64,000 bases of DNA from Syncephalis fuscata S228 (Eukaryota; Fungi; Zoopagomycota). Shown piece after piece: positions 39,697-53,328 of the stretch (position 1 is its first letter; the number at the start of each line of letters is the position of its first letter). The DNA is taken from positions 124,001 through 188,000 of the forward strand of contig JAHLTZ010000014.1 of assembly GCA_025786725.1 (NCBI GenBank), read 5' to 3'. The notes beneath the pieces were generated by a model. The model made no database searches. It was given only the letters and a program-made list of their open reading frames with translations, and had not been told where the DNA came from. The position numbers and the translations under genes were made by a program.

Positions 39697-41711
39697 GATG
39701 CTACTGCAATTGTTATTTAGATAAAATGATAATGATGCTAATAATAAATTAATTTAAAGAGTTATAGTACTTTGACTCCCACATCTTTTATTTACTCATT
39801 TTACCATTTTTTTCTTATCGCTACTTATTGTTCTATTTAGTGCTATATTATATAATCATACCGAATATAACAATATAAATAGCATACGTATTTGAACATT
39901 AATAAATAACACTATTCAATCCTTGGTCTTTATTTCTCTTATTTTACATCAACACCTGTTCAAGTAACCTCAACGGTATGCTGTATATTCTGGTTACAGC
40001 TGTCGCCACAAGATCTTCCTGATGAAGACACTCAACCTATCATTATTGCATATGGTAAAAGCTATTTGCTTCATTAATGGTTGGCAAATAATCTGCACCT
40101 ACCAAGTTGATATCAAGAATACTCAAGACAATGGTGAACATCAGAAATGCTAGTCGTCCTACCTTTTTGTCATCATAAACGAGTATCTTACATCGCAAAT
40201 ATGCTCAAATGCAACAGTAGAAGATTGGAAATAGAAAAGATCATTTAGATGCGATAGTCTACGCTGTACGTAGTAACAACAATAACTGGCCTTATAAATT
40301 TCAAAGTATTCAAATGAAAACATTATGACTATGTTTTTTGTACATAACAGCATGTTTTTAATTGAGGCCAATTTTGCTTCGAGGACTCAAAATATGAAAG
40401 TCAAAGTAAAATTGGGAATTTTGAAAAAGCTAAAAATGCCTGATAACGAAAAAGGTAATTACAATAGATGCAACAATTTCAATTTAAGACTTTGTTTATT
40501 TATGTAATTTAATTACTTGTAGCAATATTAACAGCAATGCTAATTGTGTTTTATTCGGCAAAAGACTTCCAACAATTACTGGGGCAAATGCAACTAACAA
40601 ACACAATACAAAAACATTATCTGTAAAAATTAGCATTAATCATGTTGAAACACTTTTTAAACCGATATGTTTTTTATTAAGAGCAAATACAAACTACTAA
40701 TGAAAAACTATAAAAAACATCATTAAAAAGTGTTTAAACTGTGATGGACGTCATTACAAGAAGACAAGGTGTGATATGGACGAAAACAATTTAATTAATA
40801 ATTTAGTAATTTAAAAACGTGTATTTTTAAATTTCCCCTTTAATAAACTTTATTTTAAAAAGTTTATACCGCTTATTTTTAGCGGCAATGCTAATAGCTT
40901 AATACTATTGTTGCTACTAATACTTTAATAAATTGATGAGTTATCAAATTGTGTGTAAATGTTATTTTATTCAATAGTATTATTATTACTGTATTTTAGT
41001 TAATTAGAAAAATGATAGTTAGCTATAAAGCAATAAACGCTGTGAATGTCATATTAATTTGGTATTCAATGGTTGTAATTGTTTAAAATATTAGATTTTT
41101 AATTTGTGCTATTTTTATAATCAATAATAATAGTTTATAACAGCTATTATAGTAATGTTGATGCTATAATTAGCATGAAAATCGATTTATTTTATTAATA
41201 TCGGTTAAACCAGTTTAAAATATTTTATCAATGATCCACTGTCAATACAGATCTGTTAATATAGGCCTGTTAATAAAATTAAATTGCTGTTAAAGGGCCT
41301 TATTCAAACTATACATAGCCTTTTATTTTAACAGTTTTATGCCACTTACAATGATTGTCAATAGCAATTCTACATTTCACTATATTAATTTGAAATAAAT
41401 ATGTTAATAGTAGAACTAGCAGCATAACTGGCTATACAAGAAATAATACAATACTTTATTCTACATAATAAAAAAATACAAAGTAAATTGATTATTAATG
41501 CATAAGGTTAATAAAAGGCCTCATGTATCACAGAAAACAGGTTAAATCAGATATTCGGCGCAGGTTATGCATCTTATTAACGCTGGTTTAAAAAAGCAAG
41601 CTATGAATTGTAATACAATATAAAAGCAACCCAATATTCGGTATCAACTTTATTAAAACATCTCCCACTATTACCCATAAACATTACTAGCAACTCATTC
41701 ATCCATTCATC

Positions 41712-42216
41712 ATGAAGATTATTTCATACCTCGCTGTTGTCGGAGTACTGTTAGCCACTGCCAACAAAAGCGGTGCAGTAAATAGACAAGATTTAGACGG
41801 CAAAACCGTTCATGTGGCTCTAGACAACCGCTGCCTTGTTGATAGTCGCGGTAATGCATGGTTTGGTTCGTGTGCCAACACCTTTGTAGAAGGCACAGCG
41901 ATGAAATGGATACTACAAAGACGCGGCGGCTATTACTTATTCGTAAACGCCGCTTCCAAAAAATGTATCAAGCAAGCCTCAGAAGCTGTTGATCTGACCG
42001 ACTGTAATGCCGAGCCAAAACAACTATGGCGAATATATACTGAACCAGGCTATCCAGCACATAGATTCAAAATTGTTTCCAAATTTAGTGATGATAAAAA
42101 CAACGGAAAATGGGATTGTATAGAATTCAGTACTAAATTCCCTCGGACGGGCAAACCATCACAATCAATGCAATAAGAGCAATGATGGTCAGTACTTTAG
42201 AGTTGTTGTTTTGTAG
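41712..42216 (+). CDS. Secreted ricin-B/beta-trefoil lectin-like protein (frameshift near 42150)
   Basis: Signal peptide. Three Cys-paired subdomains: RCLV..C..MKW, KCIK..DC..KQLW (QxW) and DCIE..QCNKSNDGQYF, the last in the shifted frame ending at TAG 42216. Confidence 0.75.
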
Positions 42217-43094
42217 GAGCAATATCAAAGTTTATAATTGTTTTATTGCAAATCAAATTACTTATTTAGATCTATTGATTTTAATTATACATTTTAATAA
42301 ACCATTTTAAAGAAATTTAAAAGAAAAACTTTAAAAATCCTTTGTTTTTTAAATTTATTTAATTTTGAATTATTAAATCATTAGTAGAGACTTTAGCTCA
42401 TTTTAATATTTTCTATTCATATACTTCGTTATTGTGTTGTATGCCACAAGTAGCTGCAATAGTCTAACTGTATCTTTCAATTACATGTAATGTTGTTACG
42501 CTTCTAGTTTTAGAAATCGCAACTTAGATGACCAAGCAACATCTTATCCTGTCGCTATCCTTAACGTTAATTTCTGATGCTTATTAGCGCTTACCTTAAC
42601 GTCAGAATACAATGTGTTGTTTGGTTGTATTGCTTTTATAATAAAATTATTCTTATTGGCATTAATTACCACAGTTTAACTATAATAAACTGAATAACTT
42701 GTATGACACTAAGTAGAAATAATTTGGACTAGAAACTTGATTATTCCTTTATTGATATGAATAAAGATAACATTAAATAGTAAATATGGCTAATAATAGA
42801 ACTGGAATGCCTTGTAGTATTTCATCATTAGCGCAGCATATTAGTTCAGGTGACTGCTCATATGCTCACAACTAACAAGTAGCTACTCGTCATATTGTCG
42901 TAATAGGCATTTGCTACTAGTAATCGGTACTAATATCCAATAGATATATTATTCTTGTGATCGATCACATGCGACTTTAACTGGTGATCCAGTCACATAG
43001 TATAGCTCTTGGTCACACTTTCACAAGACCCTGCCCGGAATTATAGAACAGTAACAATACAATTTAATTAAGTTTATCAATTATAATATGGTTT

Positions 43095-44110
43095 GTGATT
43101 AAAATGGCTATTTTTAATAACACTCAATCTATTGAACATGATAATGGGTGGTGAGTGACATCAGTCATCAAATATTCATCATTGTAGATTTATTATCCAG
43201 TATGTATTATTACTATGTATACCCGCCATTTTGCTTGATTATCATTAAATTGTAACTAATTGACATGATCTAGTTTATTTATAAATAATCATAATAAAAC
43301 ATAACTCCGTTTATATTCATATCATTTGTTCTATCAATGTAACTCAGTGAACAAACTAAGTGTGATATGTCAATTTTTATTAATAAAATAGTTAAAACTA
43401 TACCAAAAACGGTTATAGACAGCGTATAGCCAATATATAATAAAATGATAAACATTATACTAAATGCACAATATTGAACGAGATTAGCAATGTTCAAGTT
43501 ATTGAGCAGATGACCGACATTAGTCAAGCTTTATTAATAATAAAACTAGAACAAAGGGGACAACTATAATAGCTATCACATAGTTACTAGACAATAAAAT
43601 AATATGCAATATAAAGAATATACAGTATTGAACGAGATTAGCAATGTTAAAGTTAATGAGCATATATGCATGATCAATGAGCAGAATTAGTCGACATTTG
43701 TTAATAATAGTGCTAGGACAAAAACAAAAGTAGTTTTGGATAGAGGAGGATAGGCGAGTATATAATGGTATATAAAATGATAAATGTACGGTAAGATAGC
43801 ATATAAATAATGTTAAAGTTATCGTGCATATAATGCAATGAGTAGAATGAATGAAGCGTAATGGAACACATAAACAATAGAATGTGTCTAGTATATCATA
43901 GAATAATATATAGTAGTGTAGTATATATTGGAAGCGATATAAGTGAATAGAGTATATACGTGTACTGAATATATGTATATTGGATAGTAAATCCATGATG
44001 ATGCGTATTTTGGACCCTGGTGTAAATTACTCCTAGTTTCATGTTCAATAGAAAGAAAGCTTAATTTAAAAGTATGAATATTATTAAATATAGTCATTTG
44101 ACATCCAAAA
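43095..44110. mobile_element. Degenerate foldback/MITE-like element with diverged inverted arms and an internal ~155-bp tandem duplication
   Basis: tctattgaacatga (43128) is the exact reverse complement of tcatgttcaataga (44039), within ~120-bp diverged arms. tattgaacgagattagcaatgtt is repeated at 43472 and 43626. Confidence 0.5.
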
Positions 44111-44322
44111 CAAACAATAATCATTAATGAATTGCAATGGATTGCGTAAAAAAATTTAGTGCTCTGGGGGACTCAAAGTAGATGTTCAACCATTATCATA
44201 ATGCTAATAGCGTAATAAAATATGGTGATTAACACCAGTTTTAAAAAACATAATGATAATTGCTATTACTCGATGTCACTTCGTGCCATTTGATGGTAAA
44301 CACACTACTTTAACACTACACT

Positions 44323-47300
44323 ATGAATGTTTTGGGTCGTTTTCTTTCAATTCCTCTTAAGCAAGGGCAGGCCAATTCACTTGCGTCCAAGCTAAAGCAA
44401 TATGTTATTGAAAACAAGTCTGGCGAACTAAATGACTTACATACGCTTGATACTTTACGCGATCAATGTATTCATTTACGCGTTGAATCTAGTTCAATAG
44501 ATTGCTTACAAAAGTAATTACTAGTAGCTGCAATTGTTTAGAACTAACTACAATTAATTATGCTTATTTCTACGTATAGTTATCAAGCACAATTGGTTTT
44601 TGCTTTGACAAAATTCCCTAATAATGTAGGTGAATTTATTTAATAAATATTTATCTTATAAAAATAATAGATTGATCTATCGTGTTGTTGGTCTAATGCA
44701 TTCGGACCCAAAGAGAATATTGGTAAGTGTAACTGTTAGATTAAAAGTATAACTAGTGGATAGATTCATTAATAACTGTTTATAGCGAATCAATCTACAT
44801 TAGCCTATGAACGTGCCAGTGTTCTGTTTAATTTAGCTGCTGTGTACGCAGGACTGGGAGCACAAGAAGATCTAACTGACCAAGAGGCTATTCGACGGGC
44901 GTGCCAATACTTTCAGGTACTTGAACATTAATATCTAATTAATTAGCTAGTTAATTTACGGCTGTGATTCATATTAGCATGCTGCAGGGCTATTTGAATT
45001 AGTATATAAATCAATGGAAGCAAATATATTATCCAGTGCTTTAGTTGATTTTTCTGAGCCTGTTTTACGAACACTTATACATATAATGCTGGCACAGGCG
45101 CAAGAATGTTTTTACATCCGATCTGTATTAAGTAAAAAACACTATATCTAGTAATGCAATTTATTAACCAAATAATCAAAGATAATAGTAAAAATACTAT
45201 TGTTATAAAATTAGCCATGGCCAGTGCTGATTTATATGAAGACGTGGAAAAACAAGTTAGAGCCCATTCATTGCACAATATAGTTGGCAAGGTAGTCGCA
45301 ATGTTTGATATTTACATTTATTTATTTATTCATAACAAAATGTTAACTTTAGAATGCAACGATTTCTATAAATAATAAATATAGATTTTATCGAGCTATG
45401 GCATATCAACGGATGTCCATAGAGCATTATAATACCAATGAGCATGGTAATCGCGTAGCTTGCCTGCAATATGCCATTGGTCTTTTAAATGGTATTGCGC
45501 AAATATCAAATTTAGATCCAGATATAAGTGTAATTATATGTATATAATATAAAAAACATACTAATGACAATAATTTAATAGGAATTAAAAGATAAACTCG
45601 ACAAAGAAATTGTGCTAGCTGAAAAGGATAACGATATGGTATACTTACAGCCAGTTCCGGCCACTAACGATATTACACTGCCCGCATCAGCTGTTATGGT
45701 GGCAGCACAACTACCACCTAAAGTTGCACACCCGACAATTGTATAGAAGGCGTAGGCCGGCGACTGTTCGAACATTTAGCACCAGCTATTGTTCACGAGG
45801 CTCATTCACTATATCAGAAACGACGCGACATTCTTATTAATAATCCAGTTGAAAATATATTACAACAATGGCCATTAAAGAAAAAAAGGTAGGTTTGAAT
45901 CAAATGTAAAGTTAAAACTAATATATATGTATTATGTTTATAGATTACTGGAAGAAACAAATGCAGATGGCTTATTGGAAGCTGCAAAACAAACTATAGG
46001 ACTACCCCCATCTCTGTTAACCGGCGCAAATGAGATTAGACAGCAAGGGGGTATGGCGCTCTTAGATCAACTATATGAAAAACTAGCTAAGCTAAATGAA
46101 GCTAATCAGCAGTTAATACAACAGGTATAGTAAACTAATTTAGTATACTATATAGAATAATAAAAGCTAATGGCAAATGTATAGAGCGATACCATTTCAA
46201 ATAACCTGAATCAATGCAAAATAACGATACAGCTGAACGATTGAAGCAGTTAGTACTCAAACTAAATGTAGCTACACAGCACGATGTAGCGACACAAAAA
46301 CAAATGAATCAATGGCGAAACTATATTGAAACACTTGGACAGGATGTGGTAAGTTCAAATAATCAGCTTTTATAACTATATTGTTATTATCGTTATTAAT
46401 TCGAATAGGCGGAACTTGAAAAGAAAATTCCAGATTATAAAAAAGCATTGACTACGCAAGAACAAGAGCAGTTAATAGAGCTACGAGCGACAATGTACCA
46501 ATCAGCAGTGTTAGATAAACGTAACGATGACTACAAACAGCAACTAGAAAGAATGATTAAATGGACAATATTAGTGAGTGTATGAATAAACATATAATTG
46601 ATATAAACTAATTATAACAAATTTACAGTACCACGGCTATTAAACAAGTAGATACACTAAGTGATCTGCGTGTTAATAGACTAAGTAGTTTTGAGGCATG
46701 TATTGATGCACAATTGACTCAATATCAGCCATTGCTATTGATGATATGCCAGTTCGGCGATGAACAGACAGAATGGCTTCAAAAGATTAAGGTAACTCAT
46801 CTATTTTATAATAATGAATGATAACTGTATTAATATTGGTACAAGATACAATGTAATACGTTTCGGCAATCTCGTCAAGAAAATTTGTTAATAAAATCAC
46901 GAGAGACTGTTTTACGTGATTATTCGATGGCTTATACGGCATTTATGGAAATACATACAAATATCATTGAAGGAATAGAGGTAAGTTGTATAGCGATTGG
47001 ACTAATCAACAATAACATTACTTTTATAGTTTTACAAAAATTAAGACAACGTCTTGAATTGTTGTAAGTTACTGATGATTCGTATAATAATTAACTAATA
47101 AATTGCTCTATAAAGGATTGGTATTAATACAACTATCACAGATAATGCACAGCCATCATTAGTAAAGTATGAAGTAGATGTAGCATCTAAAAAAGATAAC
47201 AAAGCCGAGTTACCAGCCATTTGGCAACCTGGTATGCCACTTTATTATTCTGATGATAGTTCTACTACATCAAATACTAAACCAATTATTAAAAAAGATA

Positions 47301-47359
47301 AGAAAAGTGTAGTGCCATCTGCTTGGAATCCTAATCAGCCATTAATATTTGAAGAATAA
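44323..47359 (+). CDS. BRO1-domain protein (ALIX/PalA/Rim20 family; many exons, frameshifts)
   Basis: FLSIPLK, WSNAF, YERASVLFNLAAVY, ACQYFQ.AAGLF, MLAQAQECF, AEKDNDMVYLQPVP, GLPPSLL and NIIEGIEFY. Confidence 0.9.
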
Positions 47360-47412
47360 ATTATAATTAATCTAATTAATAAATATTGTTTTAATAAAAT
47401 GTTATATCTGTT

Positions 47413-49619
47413 TTAATGTTTATTATTTAGAATTGTTATTGATATTATTAGTATCTTTGTTATTATTTCACTTTCTTCTCCTTCTTCTTCTTCTTCTTCT
47501 TCTTCACTGCTTTCGTCACTATCGTCTTCATCCTCACTTTCCTCTTCTTCACTCTCTTCTTCTTCGCTTTCTTCTTCTTCTTCATTCTCAGATTCTAATG
47601 TTAAACGCTCCAATGCCTCTAGATGCCATCCAATAGCATCCTTTTCAATTTTAGTTTGATGTAACTCACGTGCCAGCGATCTTAATGTTGTATCCCTAGT
47701 AAAACTAATTTATTATTAATTATTAATTACTTTCAAATTCATTATCGTTACCTTGCTTGTTGTAACCAGATACAATAATCGGTCACATACAATTGGCTAT
47801 AAATATGATAGATATCGTGTTGATCAAGCATTTGTTTAACCGCTAATAGCGCCTTTAATAGTGCTCTTTTGCCCAGTTTAAATAAAACATAAACATCTGT
47901 CCATACTTTTTCGGTTAATTCCCAGTGTCGATAAAGTGGATATGCTAAAGCACGTCGATATCCTGCAATCATTACTTCGTCTAGTGTTGTAAATGACTAT
48001 ATTAACAGTATCAATTTGTATATAAATCCAATATGTCATAATCATCGCTTTTTCTTATCTCTTACCTCTAACGATGACAGTGTTGCGCTAGTCTTACAAA
48101 GTGTCCATGCCGACTCTACCGTCAATTCCCCTTCAGAGATACGATGGTCATAGCTGTAGGCAAATATTATGTCTACTAATCCTAAATATATAGATTTCTC
48201 ATCGGAAATTAAGTCTAAATGGCAAGAATTGGTTGACTAATATTTAAATCATTAAACTATACATACACTGTTTATTAGGCAGTTCTTGTAGCATCTTTTC
48301 TTCATCGGGAGTAAATTCAAGTTCTGGTACTAATAATGTGGTTGAATTTAAGTTAATTGTCTTTATCATATTTGCTTGTTTATTATCTAGCGACAATTGC
48401 TCCATACTACTATCTAATAAATCTACGTATATAATAATAAATTTAAAACAATAAATACTATACTATACTTACCATGATCATTGCTTTGTTGCTTTACTGC
48501 TTTTTGGCGTTGACGTAGTTCATCCCACCAAATAGTGCGATACTTTATTAGGCGGGCTATTTCCCCCTCGTCTTCCTCGCCTTCTTCTTTTTGCCACTCT
48601 TTTTGCATAAAATCAGATCTGAATTAAATCAATAACAAGTAATCTAAGGTATGCTATTGACTTACATATAATAGTCGTCATCAAATTTGTTATTCTCTTT
48701 CTTTATACGCTCAGTTCGCCTCGACTCTATTGTGCTTTGTTCAGGAAGGTCAATTTCATTAACGTCATTGCCAGTCTCAGTCCAATAAGTAAAATAGCCT
48801 TGATACTGCTGGTTAAAGCCATAAAAGCTCGATAATACTATTGTCTGATATTATATAATAAATAATCTGTAGTATAAATAGCTATTTTCTACTATCTTAC
48901 TGTTTGTGCTATTTCTTGTGGAAGCTGCCAATCAAATGCTTTTGCTATAACAATAGCAATGAATTAATATATTAATAATAAACCATTAGAGTAGTATTAA
49001 GTAAACCTACCTTCCTCTATAGCCTGTACCTGTAACGCTGCTGTATCTGTTGCTTCGTCATCCTCTGAAAGTACCTCAATTAATGGTGCACCTGCACGAC
49101 GACTGCTAGAAGATGGCTTATTGTTGGATGCAGAGTGTCCGTGTTGTCTATAAGACTTTTTAAGCTACTATTTGCTGTGTCCTCTCCTCGTCGAGCAAGT
49201 AATTTAGGTAGTATTTCCAAATCAGGGAAATGTTCGCCTGGAGTTTCTTTTGGAATCTTGGCGGTAATTTTTCCTTCGGTAACATCATAAGTTGCTGAAG
49301 CACGTTCATCTTCAACCAAGTTTCCCGGTAAGTGTAGACTAGTGGTTATTAATTGATTAATACTGGTAGATAACACATATCGTTTAGCTTATTATTAGCT
49401 TACCGAAGAAAATACGGCTTTACATATAGCTTGAATTCATCGCCTGATATAAACATATCGACCTCTTGAGCCTGGTTATAGCATTCTACTGCATTAGTAT
49501 ATTACACCAACATAAACACAGTTTAGGCCGCTTCTGCTACCTACCCGAATATGTGGCGTATAAATAACAATTGTTACAAACAAGTCATCTTGTTCCAAAT
49601 GAAAAGTTGGCGTAATCAT
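47413..49619 (-). CDS. SHQ1: H/ACA snoRNP assembly factor SHQ1 (multi-exon; acidic tail)
   Basis: MITPTFHLEQD, KPYFLRLHLPG, PKETPGEHFPDL..LLAR, YGFNQQY, FAYSYDHRISEGELTVESAWTLCK and RRALAYPLYRHW. Confidence 0.95.
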
Positions 49620-49927
49620 GACGAACAATAATAGTTAAAATAATAGTAAAAAAGAAAAGAAAATTTAAAACCGTCACAGTGGTTTAATACATTTTTTTTA
49701 ATACATTCACTATTATACTGAATATATGTTCTATAATAATGAGTAGTTTCGGTGTCAAATAATTTTATTCTTGATGCATTTACTATTAATCTGTTCTATG
49801 ATGTGCCGACATGTTGAATAGATTGACTTTATTATTTACACGTCATTTATTAATAAATTGTTAATAAGTATGGACGAAATTACAAGGTTACAGTCACTTG
49901 ATGATTAAACGCATGATTAGATTAATG

Positions 49928-51242
49928 TGATTAGTCTTGTGTGATATTTACATTCATGTGACTACATAACATTAGTATGATAATGCTAATAAATAGGCTA
50001 TTTCACCACATACTTTTATATTATATAGTGACAATATTCTATGTTAATGCCAATATAATACCATACTGGCTATATTACAATAATAGCTAAGATGTTGCTT
50101 ATAGAAAATGTATAAATATAGTGACTATATTGCAAAAACATATTGCCATAATATCAACATAATAGACAGCTAAATACAGGCCTATCGGTAATATATTGGC
50201 GTCATTAATTAGAAATGGATAAATCAGAGCATTAGGTAGAACTTGATATGTGAATGGACTGAATGGCAGCTGCTAAATGGTCTTGGCCTTCACCAAAGTA
50301 TACCTAAAATATATTGAAATAGTAATCCAATTACACCACCATACTAATTTCTTGAAACTTGCTAATCTGTGTCATAGATATATACAATATATGGCATGTA
50401 GTTAGTGCATAAATTGGTGATATGCAATCACACTTGCTTTTTATTAATATTGTTATTAAAAACACGGCTTGTAATTATTGTATAGTTGATTAATACACAG
50501 TGCCACTTACAACCTATCAATGTTAGGATATTAAACACGCACAGTAAGTAGTATACAATTAGCGCATATCAACTAATACACAATGCCACTTACGAGCTAT
50601 TGGGACGAGTTGTTAAATATATACAGTACATATGCATATTTGCGTATATGTTAGTCAATATACAATGCTGCTTACGAGCTATTAATACCAGGCTATTAAA
50701 CACACAATACATGGCATATGGTTATTATATAGCCTCACTTGCATTCTATTAATATCAGTCTATTTAACACACATAGTGCATAGCATATGTGTAACACATA
50801 CCTGTTTAATCTAAAGTACAACCTACAATCTAGTAGCATTAGATTGGTAATACAAACCGTAGTTAATTAGACATTAATCATTTATTCTTATTGTATTTAT
50901 CTTTTATTAATGTAAATTTAGCAGATAAGCACTCTCAGTGTAATATTTTATCCATTGTTTGGTTTAAACCTACCATGATCTGAAGATCTAATTTCCCATT
51001 ACACATCGGCAAACAGTCATTAGTTAGCATATCAAGCTTGAAGCATACGTATACCAATATATCAATGTCATACCAATGCAATGCTCAGTCTTTGCTTCAA
51101 TTTGTCCGGCAATTACACAGATGGCGCGGCAATGTCAATCATCCATTACAGGTGGTAGAAATGCATTTATTAGTGTTTACTTTAACGTTATATACAACCT
51201 GACCATGCGATACAAATTAAATATACTGGTTTTACAAAAATA
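49928..51242 (-). repeat. Copy B of the ~1.32-kb inverted repeat
   Basis: Reverse complement of 31212-32532 with scattered substitutions and small indels. Confidence 0.95.
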
Positions 51243-52012
51243 GTAGCAATACATTACTAATCTTTGCTGTTGCTCCTACCGGCAATTCCAATCTCCAGTA
51301 TCTGTTTGTATTTCAGACATCGCTTGACGTCAATACAATAGTAATACCAACATGTTGCTCTTATTTTTATAGGTATACGCTAATATCTATAAACTAGCTG
51401 TAATTCTAAGCCATGAAATATACGAATTGGTTCGCAAATCCATTCAATTTGACATTTCAGTTTGGTTAATGAACGAGCAGCTAATTTTAGCACAATTTTA
51501 CCTATTGTTGGTACAAGCTGTGTCGCTAATAGTTAATTGACGGCATTAAGTATTGGCTATTGCATAACAAATCTTTATAATAACTATTGTACTTGCATAC
51601 TGACGCCATTAATTGTTTGATCATAAAACAATCTAAAAGCACTAGACTGCGTTTACCAGACCATCTCAGTCAAATATGATTGTTGTAATGCTGTTTGCTA
51701 TTGGTAATACACAAAGATTTATTGTTATGTTGGTATTGATGTATAATAATTGTTTTGCTTGAATAATCACATTTAAAAGGTTATTTATCATAATGCACAC
51801 ATCGAATTACCATTAATTTAATGCAAATTACATTTGAGCGAGATTGTAATATCTAAACTTGGTAATAGTATTGAATTTCATACACATCTCATCAATTTGA
51901 AAATCAATCACAGCATACTAATGAAAGCTCAAGAAATACTATATCTAAAATCTAGTTTTTTCTAACTTCGTTATTAATTAATATTAATTTTAAATCATCA
52001 GACTTTTACAAT

Positions 52013-53247
52013 ATGAATTCGCTACACATTCTTAAAGCAAACGGCACCTCTAATGACCATGTTGAAGATAGTTCCATTGATTTGGTGCAGCTATATATAG
52101 CTGCTTTCCTTTACGTCGTTTTAAGCGGCCAGATTTAAACTCGTCCTGGTTATCATTAGCTAAAGGTAAGCCGGAATGAGACAGGAAATACTGAATAATA
52201 ACTAATTACATATAGATATTTCTATGGTTATTGTTGGGCTACGGCAAGTAGTAGTAGTAGTAGCAGTATTTGAAAAGTATCAGCCATCTAACAATTTACT
52301 ATAGTTGTGCTATTTTGATCGACCAAGTAACAATAAGCTTACGTGAACTTGAAGATGTAGTTAAAAAATTATCGCTGCAGGTTGGTTTATTGCACAACTT
52401 ATATATAACTATTATCAACTAGAACTAGTTTCCGGGCTATCCAATACTCTGTAGCATTAATATAAAAGATTATGTAGTATTTATAACTAGTGGTAAGAAA
52501 AACCAAGGTACTATTGCACATACCATATTAATTGTTTTACTGTTATAGTTGAACAGTTACAAAAACGACTAGCTTGTAATATAAAATGTACACTCGATTC
52601 GTTACAATTTATATTGGTTGATCGTGCTTATAAACATCCTTGTATGGTATGTAGTTTAGCGATTGATAAAGGTTAAACTCATTATAATCAACTATATAGC
52701 TTGATGACAAATCCTACCAACAATTTACAGATACATTTAATCAAATAGTCTGTAGTTTGCGGCATTGTCTAGAATCACGCGCACCAGACATGTACACAAT
52801 AGAAGCAACATCATTTATAGAGTATGCTACTGTATCATTTATATGCTAAACATGACTAACATTAATATATAGCGAATCTATAATGATTGCTTTTACAGGA
52901 TGGATACTTGAATATCCAGCCATTTATGTACAAAAAGATTTAACTGGTGGTAATTGTTTAGCTGTCGAATCATTATGGTTGGTACGCGCATTTGCGTTCC
53001 ATGTTAATGACAGGTAACTATTTGTAATCTCAATAATTTAATATTAAATACAATATAACAATCTAGTGAACAAGAACATTTATTGCATAGCTTTAGTATC
53101 CCATGTGCACTTCTCGATGATGACACGCCCGAGACATGGATCAAACAATGGCGTGCAAATTGGCATAATCGAATGAAACAGCAATTGGTATGGCATAAAT
53201 TACGCATTTCAATAGAACAAGTGACATTGCCAGCAGTAATTTTGTAG
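52013..53247 (+). CDS. DUF4504/C1orf74-like (UPF0739) protein (multi-exon)
   Basis: DISMVIVGLR.AILID, IAFTGWILEYPAIY, NCL, LHSFSIP and C-terminal EQVTLPAVIL*. Confidence 0.65.
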
Positions 53248-53328
53248 TAGTTTGTTTCGTGAACACATTTATTTGTACACTGCCTCCACAGTTGTAATAA
53301 ATCATTTGGAGGTGGCTATTAGCAGACA

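Noticed and set aside
51250-51950. Possible gene remnant next to repeat copy B
   Set aside because: Only short reading frames, with no recognisable product or transposase motif.
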